Shown here: piece by piece, positions 43,088-55,578 of the stretch
Layout: every line of letters begins with the position of its first letter
Position numbering within the stretch: position 1 is the stretch's first letter
Assembly (NCBI GenBank): GCA_020137815.1
Contig: CM035354.1
Coordinates: 2,046,001 to 2,110,000, forward strand
DNA: 64,000 nt
Direction of reading: 5' to 3'
DNA from: Hormiphora californensis
Lineage: Eukaryota > Animalia > Ctenophora
Program-made: the position numbers and the translations under genes
The notes under the pieces: generated by a model
Database searches by the model: none
Told to the model about the DNA's origin: nothing
Seen by the model: only the letters and a program-made list of their open reading frames with translations

Positions 43088-44155
43088 TACAGAATGAATC
43101 ACTCACCTGCAACGTCTACGGGAGGAGAGACCTCGTCATCAGACGGACGACAGGAGCTTCAATATATCAAACTTGAAGTAGACCTGGAGGGGGAAATGTG
43201 TATGGAAACTAAAAAGGGTAGAGGGGGAAATGGGTATGAAAACTATGAAGGGTAGAGGGGGAAATGGGTATGAAAACTAAAAAGGGTGGAGGGGGAAATG
43301 GGTATGAAAACTAAAAAGGGTAGAGGGGGAAATGGGTATGAAAACTAAAAAGGGTAGAGGGGGAAATGGGTATGAAAACTATGAAGAGTAGAGGGGGAAA
43401 TGGGTATGAAAACTATGAAGGGTAGAGGGGGAAATGGGTATGAAAACTAAAAAGGGTAGAGGGGGAAATGGGTATGAAAACTAAAAAGGGTAGAGGGGGA
43501 AATGGATATGAAAACTAAAAAGGGTGGAGGGGGAAATGGGTATGAAAACTAAAAAGGGTAGAGGGGGAAATGTGTATGAAAACTATGAAGGGTAGAGGGG
43601 AAATGTGTATGAAAACTAAAAAGGGTAGAGGGGGAAATGGGTATGAAAACTATGTAGTGCATCAGCCCGGACTGTATTATAATGTCAGAGTTATAATTAT
43701 AGGTTTTACAGTTAGATATTAGGGCCCTGGTTTTATTCTGTAGTCTGTACCATCCCCGGTTGCGGGGTCCGGGGGGGGGGGGGGGGGGGTATGACATACC
43801 CGGTATGTACTCTGTGCGGCACCAACTTTTGGTAATTGATTTTGTTGTCACATACAGATCTTTTGTTAGGGCTTTTTTGCGGAGCCCGGAGGTACCGACT
43901 TGAACAAATCTTTTGCTAGTGGCTGGGCTTACCAAAAATACCTCCCCTTGTAGGAGACGGGCAATACAAATTTGAAATTAAATTGAATTCTCTATCGCCA
44001 GAATAATATAGTAACGGACATATCTTTGCTGATAAAGGGATTTCTGGTAAAGCTTTGTAGTAACGGACATAAAAATGTTTGGAATATTTGAGGACAAAAA
44101 AGAAATCCCATTAGTCCTTAAATAAAAACTTACCAAACAGCACAAATATGTTCAT
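43088..44155 (-). CDS. Possible small secreted-protein gene (exon 1 MNIFVLF|gtaag; exon ~43183-43088)
   Basis: Signal-like micro-exon and canonical splice sites, but the frame is broken in both copies of the duplicated block. Confidence 0.3.
43187..43655. repeat. 31-bp minisatellite (gggtagagggggaaatgggtatgaaaactaaaaa-like)
   Basis: About 15 copies; a garbled duplicate lies at 47975-48435. Confidence 0.9.
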
Positions 44156-44671
44156 GATTGTGTAGAAAAAAACTCGTGGTGTTGACAATTCTCTCACTCA
44201 ATTGATCTTGAAAAGCTGCTCTGGGAGAATATTATGAAAATTTACATATATTCAGTGAAGAATTAAAAATGTTCTCTTAGAGATAGGTACGGTTTATCCC
44301 CCCGTAAAATGACAATGACCGACCACGCACAAGACAACAAATCATTGGAGGATCACTGGGCATCAATTGTAAATGGTATAATATATTTATTATTTTTAGG
44401 AGTTTGAGGTCATAGAAATCGTTGATGGGTTTGGAGTTGTGTTAGAAATGTTTGAAACTTAAAAGTTGTTGCCCGGTGATGCGCCAATACCAATTGACAC
44501 TGTCATTGCTGGATAACAGTGTCACCTGAAGACTAGCAATGACAGTGTAGTATGTTGTAGTAGGCATGGGAGATTATATTCAAGAAAACAAACAGCTAAA
44601 AATTCCCCGATTTCTGGCTCGAGGTAAAAAAATATGTCTAAAAACAAGAATTTAAACGTCACAAAAATTGC

Positions 44672-46544
44672 TTACAGAGTCCTTTCATCAACGTCAATTT
44701 CAAAATCCTCACGGAAAACCTTAGAAACAAACCGGGCTTGTCTTTCTGATAACCAGGGGTCTTCTTTCTTCTTCTTTTTCTCCTGACTCTCCTCTTCTTG
44801 CCGTTGAACATTCTCACTGACCATGGCGGTATCAAAACGCGGTACTTTCCGAGAGAGTGCATCCGAGACACGATTATAAAGGGGCACATCGTAGTCGGAG
44901 AGAAGATTTAGGACGACACCACGTTTACCCATTCTGGCTGTCCGACCTGCCCGGTGCAGGTAACCAACAGTATCCACGGGCAACTGGGCGTTTATCACCT
45001 GATATAAGAAGTGTACTGATTACTGCCAGACCAGCGTTAGTTAGAGGTAAAAGGTTGGTTAGATAACAGGGTGAATAAATCAAGTCTTAATTAATTAGTA
45101 GGGGTTGCTATGGTTACCAATTACTGTCAGGAACCGGACGTTTATACGAAACGAAACGAAAACGAAACGAAACGGTCATTTTTTCACGAAAAATAACCGA
45201 AACGAAAAAAATTTGAGAAAAAATAAACGAAACGAAACGAAACGAACAATTTTTCAGTCTTCATAAACCGAAACGAAACGAAACGAAATTTTTTTCAGTC
45301 TTCATAAACCGAAACGAAACGAAACGAAAAATTTTCAGTCTTCTCAAAACGAAACGAAACGAAAAAAATTTGAGAAAAAATAAACGAAACGAAACGAAAC
45401 GAAAAAATATTGACCAAAAATAACCGAAACGAAACGAAACGATGAAATATTGACCAAAAATAACCGAAACGAAACGAAACGGAAAAAAAATTGAGAAAAA
45501 TAAACGAAACGAAACGAAAAAATTTGGCCAAAAATAAACGAAACGAACCGAAACGAAAAAATTTTGACCAAAAATAAACGAAACGAAATCAAATAACCAA
45601 ACCGAAACGAAACGAAACGAACCGAACGAAACGAACCGAATTTTAAAACCGAACCGAACTGAACCGAAACATCTTGACCGACTGCCAGCTGCAGACAATG
45701 GTGTCATTTTATATTGAGCTGTGAGCACTTGAATCAGTACTTTGATAATTGATACCTGCCTGCCTTCTAGAAAAGAAATCTTTCTTTGTTGGGTCTCTGA
45801 TCTGTTGGCTACTCTCTGATGGATTCTCTCTGTTGGAGAGTCCCAACAGAGAGTCCTTGTTTTGTTCAACCCCTTTTTATTTTATTTACTGCGAATGGCA
45901 GTCTAGCTTGGCAAATCTAAGATATAGTCCAACCAAACTGAATTTTGAAACTGAACAGAATTTCAAAAACCAAACCGAAACGAAACGAAACGAATTTTAA
46001 AAACCGAAACGAACCGAAACGAAAAAATATTGACCTCAAATAACCGAAACGAACCGAAACGAAAAATTTCAAAAAAAAATAAACGAAACGAAAAAATTTC
46101 GATAAAAAATATCCGAAACGAAACGAAAAAAATTGAGAAAAAATAAACGAAACGAAACGAAAAATTTTCGACAAAAAAATATCCGAAACGAAACGAAACG
46201 AAAATTTTTTAGTGTTCATAAACCGAAACGAAACGAAACGAAAAAAATTTGAGAAAAAATAAACGAAACGAAAATTTTTTCAGTCTTCATAAACCGAAAC
46301 GAAACGAAACGAGAAAAAATTGAGAAAAAATAAACGAAACGAAACGAACTGAAAACCCCAAAACGTCCGGTTCCTACAATTACACAGAATTATGTTCTCA
46401 CCATGTCCAGATTGGGAATGTCAAGGCCACGTGAGGCAACATCTGATGCCACTAAGATCCGAACAGTTCCCCGCTGAACTCGTTTTATCACAGCTGCTCG
46501 CTCCTGGATATATGATAGGAAAGAATCAGAGAAAGATTGAGTTG

Positions 46545-46622
<78 letters not shown>

Positions 46623-46679
46623 TATATATATATATATATATAGAGCGAGAGAGAGAAAGAGAGAGAGAGAACAAGCTAT

Positions 46680-46730
<51 letters not shown>

Positions 46731-49700
46731 TATATATATATATATATAGAGCGAGAGAGAGAAAGAGAGAGAGAGAGAACAAGCTATGGTTGGAGGAAGA
46801 AATAGAGTCTGGTAGAACAGACTCAGATGAATTCAATTAGTTGGAGAAGAGCTAAACCAATCAATTCTCTTTAAGATGAAAGTCCTTTTGTTGCTCTGCC
46901 TTACAGCACTGACAAGCGCAGGAAATGTCCGACAAGAATTCCTAGCGTCCCTTGGAAACCTACAGCCCAGCGCTGCCCGATTCCGTCTATATGCTCGAAA
47001 CTTGGATAAAATCTCGGAATTAAACCACGAATCGGGTGGAAAGTGGAGAGCTGGAGTTAACAAGTTTGCTGTCATGACAGAGGGGAGAGAGAGCGTTACA
47101 CAAAGGTCTTAACACTAACTGGGACGATCTGATCTTCCTCCCTCCTCTCCTCTCTCCCTATCTGATGCCCCTACTGAGGTAGATTGGAGGGAGAAGGGGT
47201 TTGTTAGTCCACCCAGGGATCAGGTAGGATGCGGATCTTGTTGGATATTCGCCGCTGTGGCGACTATCGAGAGTAGGGCCGCGGCCGCAGGAAGCAAACC
47301 TCAGCACCTCAGCTGACCAGGAGATTGTGGATTGTGGAAGTCCGTACCGAGATGCCTGCGAGGGAGGGGATCCTCTCAAGGCCCTGGAATATGTGTTCGA
47401 TAGGAAGGCGCTGGCAAGGGGAGGCTGATTACCCGTATATTGGTCGCAGTAACTACAAGTGTATGAGGGATGGTAAGGAGAATGGCCTGACAGGGGGAGT
47501 GAGACAGCGGTACTACGACTACCGATACGGTGCTGATCAGATGATATCTGCACTGGCTGGAGGCCCCATTATTGTGGAATTCAATGCAATTGAACCATTC
47601 ATGTTTTACAGGGAGGGGGTGTTCGACTACCGGGAAGAGAGAGAGGAGAGACAACACACAGACACAGAGAGACATAGAGAGACAGAGACAGAGAGAATGA
47701 GCGACGGGCCCGGCCCTTTTCGGCCGAAGGCCGAATTACATTGACTAGTGAATACAATGTGTGCTAGGAGACATGCAGTGTCAATTCAAACACCCTATTG
47801 ATCACATTGTTTCACACACACAGTGAGTATACAATTTCCTATATATACCTCTAATAGTGGTACAAAATGAATCACTCACCAATGTCGGAGGAGAGACCTC
47901 GTCATCAGACGACGACAGGAGCTTCATATACCACTTGAACTAGACCTGGAGGGGACTGACCACTTAAAGTGTAATGGGAAATGGGTATGAAAACTAGGAA
48001 GGTAGAGGGGGAAATGGGTTGAAACTATAGGGTGAAGGGGGAATTGGTATAAAATAGAGGGTAAGGGGGAAATGGGTATGACTTGGGTGCGGGGGGGGGC
48101 TGGTTGAAGGCACTATGACGGGTAGCAGGGGTAACACCTGGGTATGACAAACTAAAAAGGGTCGGGGGGAAATGTGCCTAAGGGTAAGGGTGCGGGGTAT
48201 GAAGCTAGCTGGTAGGGGAGGTGGGTATGAAAGACTCGGGTCGAGGGGGGTGGGGTTGACCTATGAAGGGTGGGGGGGGAAATGGGTATGCTTGACTGGT
48301 GGGGAAGGGTAGGGTGAAATAGGGAGGGGGTGGTCGTGTATGAAAACCTAGTTTTGAACTAAAAGGGTAGAGGGGGAAAATGGGTATGAAAACACTACCC
48401 GGGTTAGAGGGGGAAATGGGTTATGAAAACTATGTAGTGCATCAGCCGGACTGTATTATAATGTCAGTTATAATTATAGGTTTTACAGTTAAGGCCCTGA
48501 TTTTATTCTGTACTCTGTACCATCCCCCGGTTCGATGCGAGGTACGGGGGGGGGGGGGGGGGGGGGGGTGACATACCCTGTGCGGCAACAACTTTTTTGT
48601 AATTGATTTTGTTGTCACATACAGATCTTTTGTTAGGGCTTTTTTGCGGAGCCCAGAGGTATCGACTTGAACAAATCTTTTGCTAGTGGCTGGGTCTACA
48701 AAAATACCTCCCCTTGTAGGAGACTGGCAATACAAATTTGAAATTAAATTGAATTCTCTTATCGCCAGAATAATATAGTAACGGACAATCTTTGCTGATA
48801 AAGGGATTTCTGGTAAAGCTTTGTAGTAACGGACATAAAAATGTTTGGAATATTTAGGACAAAAAAGAAATCCCATAGTCCTTAAATAAAAACTTACCAA
48901 ACAGCAGAAATATGTTCATGATGTGTAGAAAAAAACTCGTGGTGTGACAATTCTCTCACTCAATTGATCTTGAAAGCTGCTCTGGGAGAATATTATGAAA
49001 ATTTACATAGATTCAGTGAAGAATTAAAAATGTTCTCTTAGAGATAGGTACGGTTTATCCCCCCGTAAAATGACAATGACCGACCACGCACAAGACAACA
49101 AATCATTGGCGGATCACTGGGCAGCAATTGTATAATATATTTATTATTTTTAGGAGTTTGAGGTCATAGAAATCGTTGATGGGTTTGGAGTTGTGTTAGA
49201 AATGTTTGAAACTTAAAAGTTGTTGCCCGGTGATGCGCCAATACCAATTGACACTGTCATTGCTACACAGCGGTGTTATCTGAAGACTAGCAATGACAGT
49301 GTAGTATGTAGTAGGCATGTGAGATTGTATTCAAGAAAACAACCAGCTAAAAATTCCCCGATTTCTGGCTCGAGGTAAAAAAATATGTCTAAAAACAAGA
49401 ATTTAAACGTCACAAAAATTTCTTACAGAGTCCTTTCATCAACGTCAATTTCAAAATCCTCACGGAAAACCTTGGAAACAAACCGGGCTTGTCTTTCTGA
49501 TAACCAGGGGTCTTCTTTCTTCTTCTTTCTCTCCTGACTCTCCTCTTCTTGCCGCTGAACATTCTCACTCACCATGGCGGTATCAAAACGCGGTACTTTC
49601 CGAGAGAGTGCATCCGAGACACGATTATAAAGGGGCACATCGTAGTCGGAGAGAAGATTTAGGACGACACCCGTTTACCCATTCTGGTCTGTCCGACCTG

Positions 49701-51182
49701 CCCGGTGTAGGTACCAACGGTATCCCAGGGCAACTGGGCGTTTATCACCTGGTATAAGAAGTGTACTGATTACTGTCACTGCCAGACCAGCGTTAGTTAG
49801 AGGGAAAAGGTTGGTTAGATAACAGGGTGAATAAATCAAGTCTTAATTAATTAGTAGGGGTTGCTATGGTTACCAATTACTGTCAGGAACCGGACGTTTA
49901 TACGAAACGAACCGAAAACGAGAGAGAGAAGAGATGAGAGAGATCTAGAAGAGAGAGAGGAGAGATAGAGAAGGAGAGATGATTTGAGAGGGAAGAAAAG
50001 GGGAGTAGACAGAGTGGAAAGCGGGGGGAGGCTATTTTAGTAAAGATCATCGCGTTAACTTGATCCCCTTATCTAGCACTCTATAGTTGCTCATTCAGCA
50101 TTTCTCGTATTCATGAATCGATTAGTTGCACTACTATCTTTCCTTCTCTCTTATCTATTCGCTCATCTCTCGTGTATCATGTTGCTCTTTTGGAATTTCT
50201 TTACCAGCTTTTCTTTTGTCTCTGCCTCTCAGGCATTATAGAGCCGAGACCCGTTGAGAGGGTTAGTTGAAGCTTTCCTCAACCTCGATCTGAGACACCG
50301 GGGTTGAGAGAGAACCGCGAAATGGCCGCTTTTTGTGCGTGTGATGAACAAAGAACCTGCACAATAGGGGAGACGCAATGACGAAAGTCGCGATGACGAA
50401 AGTCGCGATAGTTCTTTACGGTATCATACCCGACACTCGTAGAAGAAGAAGAATAGGGGAGACGACTACAAAAAGGAGAGTTTTGAAGTTGATTGTTAAA
50501 GGAGCGAGAGCTTCGGAGTAAAACAGAGAGGAGTCAACAAGAATGGAAGAGATTACCACCACTTGATACATTTCTAACATGACAAGCTCAAGTACATGAC
50601 TCTAAGAGACAGTTGCTGTGTTTTATTTTAATTGTTGCTGTGTTATATTTTAATTGTTGCCGTGATATTTTATGTAGTTTGAAAGTTGTAATCTCGGTTG
50701 TGATAGGAATTCCCCCAAACATAGATTTATCGTGCAAGAGCCCTTTACTCACAGAGCCCGGAAGGGTTCTTGCACGATAAATAGAGGCGCACGGTATTTA
50801 TAGGAGTGTCACCCAATAAGTATGTGTAATGAAGCCGTTGCTTTAATCCACCTTGACAAGGCGGTTCAGGGACCTCAACTTACTGCCACAGAATTAAACA
50901 CAACACACACACACACACAAATACAAACAAACAAACAAACAAACAAACCGCACCCTGACATGAAGCCCAGTTGCACCTCGCATCCCGCGCGCGCCCTTTC
51001 TGTAACAGAATCACGCGCGAAGAACCCTCTCCCGTAGCTCGTTTCGGTAGACCTTCCCCCGCGCCGCCGCCGTTGACTTGGGTGGTGGCAACTTCAGGAG
51101 CACTGCGTGTGCGCCGCTCACACAGCGTACACACACCAACTGCAGCTCAACTCGACGTATCATGCATATTGAGACGAATCAT

Positions 51183-51218
<36 letters not shown>

Positions 51219-54200
51219 CTTCTCTTACGTTTTGTATTGAAGGTGGCTGCAACATAGACCAGTTGTTTTGGTGTGGTAGGGGTGGTAGAGGTCCGGTGAT
51301 ATCTCAAGGGGTCCACCAGGTCGCCCACTATCCGGTATGTTAGGTTCTTTAACGAACCACTGTGGTACACATCCGCCTCGTCTAGAACTAACGTTGGGAT
51401 GTGGCCAAATATCTAGAGGGAATATGAAATTATATAATTGCAATATCATAGAGAATGAAAAGGGTGAAGAGTTTTCAGAAAACTGGAGTACAAATATTGA
51501 ATAAAATGGGGCGCCTAGGAGTGCAGTAGGCAACTTAAATATCCATAAACAAAGCTCATAATAAGATGAAGGGAGCAATATGTCGCCCCACTACAGTAAC
51601 TAGAGGGAACAGTACACAGAGGACAGCTGTAAACAGTTATAGAGTGACCCTCGTTTCACCCAAGTTCACCCAAGTTCATCCAAATTTCGAAAATAAATTT
51701 CGATTTACCAAAAAGTAGGTATCAGGGTAGTAACCCCCCTGATTATGTAATTGACCCAGTAAATTCTTCACATGTATCTCTACCACACGTTATTATAGTT
51801 GAATACAAAATGAATCCATTACCTTTCCGTAATCATAATCCCGTAGTTTGGACATGGTGGTAATGATGAGAGGTGATGTCTTGTCCACATAACTCCTGTG
51901 TTCACTCACACCTTCCCACAAATATGGAGATACCACACCTAACCTAAGGAAGGAGTTGTCTTAACTAAGAGATAGATAAAGAGTTTGACTCACTGCACAG
52001 AGAGCTAGGAGGTACATCGTTAAAAACAGAATCAATAGTAACAAACTACCTTGAGTCGCTTGATACTAAATTATGAACAATTCAAAACATCTCTACCATA
52101 TTATATCTTCACTTACTCAGCGGGACGAATATGTGTAAACATGTGGGCCACTTGTTGACCCAACTCGGGGGTCGGTACAAATACAAGGTGTTGTCTAGTT
52201 CGGCCCTCCAGCATGGAGTTCAACAGGGGTAGTAGGTAACAAAGTGTCTTGCCGCAGCCCGTTTCAGCGTGGCATACGACATGCCGGCCTGCTAGTAGTT
52301 GGGGTATCGCCTGGAGGGATGGGAGGGATGGTAAACTATTGGGGTATCGCCTGGAGGGATGGGAGGGATGGTAAACTATTGGGGTATCGCCTGAAGGGAT
52401 GGGAGGGATGGTAAACTGTTGGGGCTATCGCCTGGAGGGATGGGATGGTAAACTGTTGGGGTATCGCCTGGAGGGATGGTACACTGTTGGGGTATCGCCT
52501 GGAGGGATGGGAGGGATGGTAAACTGTTGGGGTATCGCCTGGAGGGATGGGAGGGATGGTAAACTGTTGGGGTATCGCCAGGAGGGAGGGATGGTAAACT
52601 GTTGGGGTATCGCCTGGAGGGATGGGAGGGATGGTAAACTGTTGGGGTATCGCCTGGAGGGATGGGAGGGATGGTAAACTGTTGGGGTATCGCCTGGAGG
52701 GAGGGATGGTAAACTGTTGGGGTATCGCCTGGAGGGATGGGAGGGATGGTAAACTGTTGGGGTATCGCCTGGAGGGCCGGGAGGGATGGTAAACTGTTGG
52801 GGTATCGCCTGGAGGGATGGTAAACTGTCGGGGTATCGCCTGGAGGGATGGGAGGGATGGTAAACTGTTGGGGTATCGCCTGGAGGGATGGGAGGGATGG
52901 TAAACTGTTGGGGTATCGCCTGGAGGGATGGTAAACTGTTGGGGTATCGCCTGGAGGGATGGTAAAGGGATGGTAAACTGTTGGGGTATCGCCTGGAGGG
53001 ATGGGAGGGATGGTAAACTGTTGGGGTATCGCCTGGAGGGATGGTAAACTGTTGGGGTATCGCCTGGAGGGAGGGATGGTAAACTGTTGGGGTATCGCCT
53101 GAAGGGATGAGAGGGATGGTAAACTGTTGGGGTATCGCTGAAGGGATGGTAAACTGTTGGGGTATCGCCTGGAGGGATGGGAGGGATGGTAAACTGTTGT
53201 GGTATCGCCTGGAGGGATGGGAGGGATGGTAAACTGTTGGGGTATCGCCTGGAGGGATGGGAGGGATGGTAAACTGTTGGGGTATCGCCTGGAGGGAGGG
53301 ATGGTAAACTGTTGGGGTATCGCCTGGAGGGATGGTAAAGGGATGGTAAACTGTTGGGGTATCGCCTGGAGGGAGGGATGGTAAACTGTTGGGGTATCGC
53401 CTGGAGGGATGGGAGGGATGGTAAACTGTTGGGGTATCGCCTGGAGGGATGGGAGGGATGGTAAACTGTTGGGGTATCGCCTGGAGGGATGGGAGGGATG
53501 GTAAACTGTTGGGGTATCGCCTGGAGGGAGGGATGGTAAACTGTTGGGGTATCGCCTGGAGGGATGGTAAACTGTTGGGGTATCGCCTGGAGGGATGGGA
53601 GGGATGGTAAACTGTTGGGGTATCGCCTGGAGGGATGGTAAACTGTTGGGGTATCGCCTGGAGGGAGGGATGGTAAACTGTTGGGGTATCGCCTGGAGGG
53701 ATGGGATGGTAAACTGTTGGGGTATCGCCTGGAGGGAGGGATGGTAAACTGTTGGGGTATCGCCTGGAGGGATGGTAAACTGTTGGGGTATCGCCTGGAG
53801 GGATGGTAAACTGTCGGGGTATCGCCTGGAGGGATGGGAGGGATGGTAAACTGTTGGGGTATCGCCTGGAGGGATGGGAGGGATGGTAAACTGTTGGGGT
53901 ATCGCCTGGAGGGAGGGATGGTAAACTGTTGGGGTATCGCCTGGAGGGATGGTAAACTGTTGGGTATCGCCTGGAGGGATGGTAAACTGTCGGGGTATCG
54001 CCTGGAGGGATGGAGGATGGTAAACTGTTGGGGTATCGCCTGGAGGGATGGGAGGGATGGTAAACTGTTGGGGTATCGCCTGGAGGTGAGGGATGGTAAA
54101 CTGTTGGGGTATCGCCTGAAGGGAGGGATGGTAAACTGTTGGGGTATCGCCTGGAGGGATGGTAAACTGTTGGGTATCGCCTGGAGGGATTGGTAAACTG

Positions 54201-54976
54201 TTGGGGTATCGCCTGGAGGGATGGGAGGGATGGTAAACTGTTGGGGTATCGCCTGGAGGGAGGGATGGTAAACTGTTGGGGTATCGCCTGAAGGGATGAG
54301 AGGGATGGTAAACTGTTGGGGTATCGCCTGGAGGGATGGTAAACTGTTGGGGTATCGCCTGGAGGGATGGTAAACTGTTGGGGTATCGCCTGGAGGGATG
54401 GGAGGGATGGTAAACTGTTGGGGTATCGCCTGGAGGGATGGGAGGGATGGTAAACTGTTGGGGTATCGCCTAGAGGGATGGGAGGGATGGTAAACTGTTG
54501 GGGTATCGCCTGGAGGGATGGGAGGGATGGTAAACTGTTGGGGTATCGCCTGGAGGGATGGGAGGGATGGTAAAATGTTGGGGTATCGCCTGGAGAGAAG
54601 GGAGGGATGGTAAACTGTTGTGGTATCGCCTGGAGGGAGGGATGGTAAACTGTTGGGGTATCGCCTGGAGGGAGGGATGGTAAACTGTTGGGGTATATCA
54701 CCTATAGGTTGTCAACAGTAACACCAATCTTAATGACAGTGGTGTGACACCACTGGTATCTATTGTGGCGGAATGGCTGGACCTGTGCTAAATAACCGCT
54801 CAATAAGTGAAACTAACCCGAGATTGTATAGCAGTGGGTTTCTCGAATTTAATATCTTCTAAGCGTTGAAGGAGTGCGGGATGAAGCCCAAGATCTCCCC
54901 ACTCTGTGGATGTGTAGGCCCGAGAAGTGGAGGGATGACTCCTGCAACACCTTTTTAACACCCTTCCTATTAACAT
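44672..54976 (-). CDS. DEAD-box RNA helicase with a mitochondrial-type N-terminus (DDX28-like)
   Basis: Exon 1 (54976-54818) Q motif WGDLGL..FEKPTAIQ. Exon 2 from 52310 AETGCGKT and VPTPEL. LVLDEAD and AAT (~51410-51230). Motif V VASDVASRGLDIP (46503-46402). Motif VI YLHRAGRTARMG (44998-44672). The motif IV region was not recognisable. Confidence 0.85.
45128..46376. mobile_element. 1.25-kb TIR element filled with (GAAAC)n arrays; TIR begins CAGGAACCG like MITE A
   Basis: caggaaccggacgttt...aaacgtccggttccta; caattac on both flanks; unique core ~45680-45930. Confidence 0.8.
46876..47640 (+). CDS. Papain-family (C1A, cathepsin L-like) cysteine protease; intronless, frameshifted and 3'-truncated here; nested antisense in the helicase intron
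   Basis: Signal peptide; I29-like ARFRLYARNL..GVNKFAVMT; then VDWREKGFVSPPRDQVGCGSCWIFAA, CEGG, YPYIG and FMFYREGVF across frameshifts. The catalytic His/Asn part is missing. Confidence 0.8.
47749..49920. repeat. Direct duplicate of 42966-45165 (includes the helicase last exon), indel-rich
   Basis: Near-identical sequence with many 1-nt indels; ends inside the TIR of the GAAAC element. Confidence 0.9.
52298..54700. repeat. 2.4-kb minisatellite of 31-40-bp units, each a 3' splice site plus 13 nt of helicase exon 2
   Basis: Minus-strand unit agtttaccatccctcccatccctccag|gcgataccccaac, about 65 copies. Confidence 0.95.
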
Positions 54977-55344
54977 GTCTACATGTACATGATGTTAGAA
55001 TATGTATTCGATGTTTTGAGTTCACCAAAACAAATTGAAACGAGAGAGTTAAAAAGTTGTGAAATATAGATTTGTAAAATAGATTATAATGTTGAGTAAA
55101 AATCAAATTTAAAATAGTTGTGTCGTCTATTTTTCAGACTGCCTTCGGGATTTCTTTTTAAACAATTGGACACTTGCTTGTTATTGAAGAGCAACTGTTC
55201 TTTTGTAAACACTGAATAACATTGATGTTTAGTCCGGTTTTGATAATTTGGAGATGGTGGAGGCTGGTGGGGTAGTATATCTTGGTTTCATTGTTCACAC
55301 CAATATTGTTGGAGGGTGCGATATGACATCGAAGACGCTCATTT

Positions 55345-55380
55345 ATTAGACGTTTCGGCTGTACGGCCATTATCAATAAT
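55345..55380 (-). ncRNA. Mirror copy of the minimal hammerhead ribozyme
   Basis: Exact reverse complement of 58655-58690. Confidence 0.75.
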
Positions 55381-55578
55381 GCTATGGGGGAATTTACATT
55401 AGCACATTACATAAGACATCAATATGTACATAGGGGACAAAAGACTGGACCAAACGGCAAACACACACAACATAAACAGAAGCCAAAAAAAACAACAAAC
55501 AACCGAATCCACGATACTGCTCCTTCATAAAAAACTCTTATTTACATTTATTTACACATGAAATATTATAACAAAATA

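Noticed and set aside
43095-43150. CTGATGA on the minus strand as a hammerhead core
   Set aside because: No GAAA box at the proper distance after a stem II.
52425-54701. 758-aa Pro-rich ORF as a standalone gene
   Set aside because: Translation of a stop-poor minisatellite that shifts between frames; lies in helicase intron 1.
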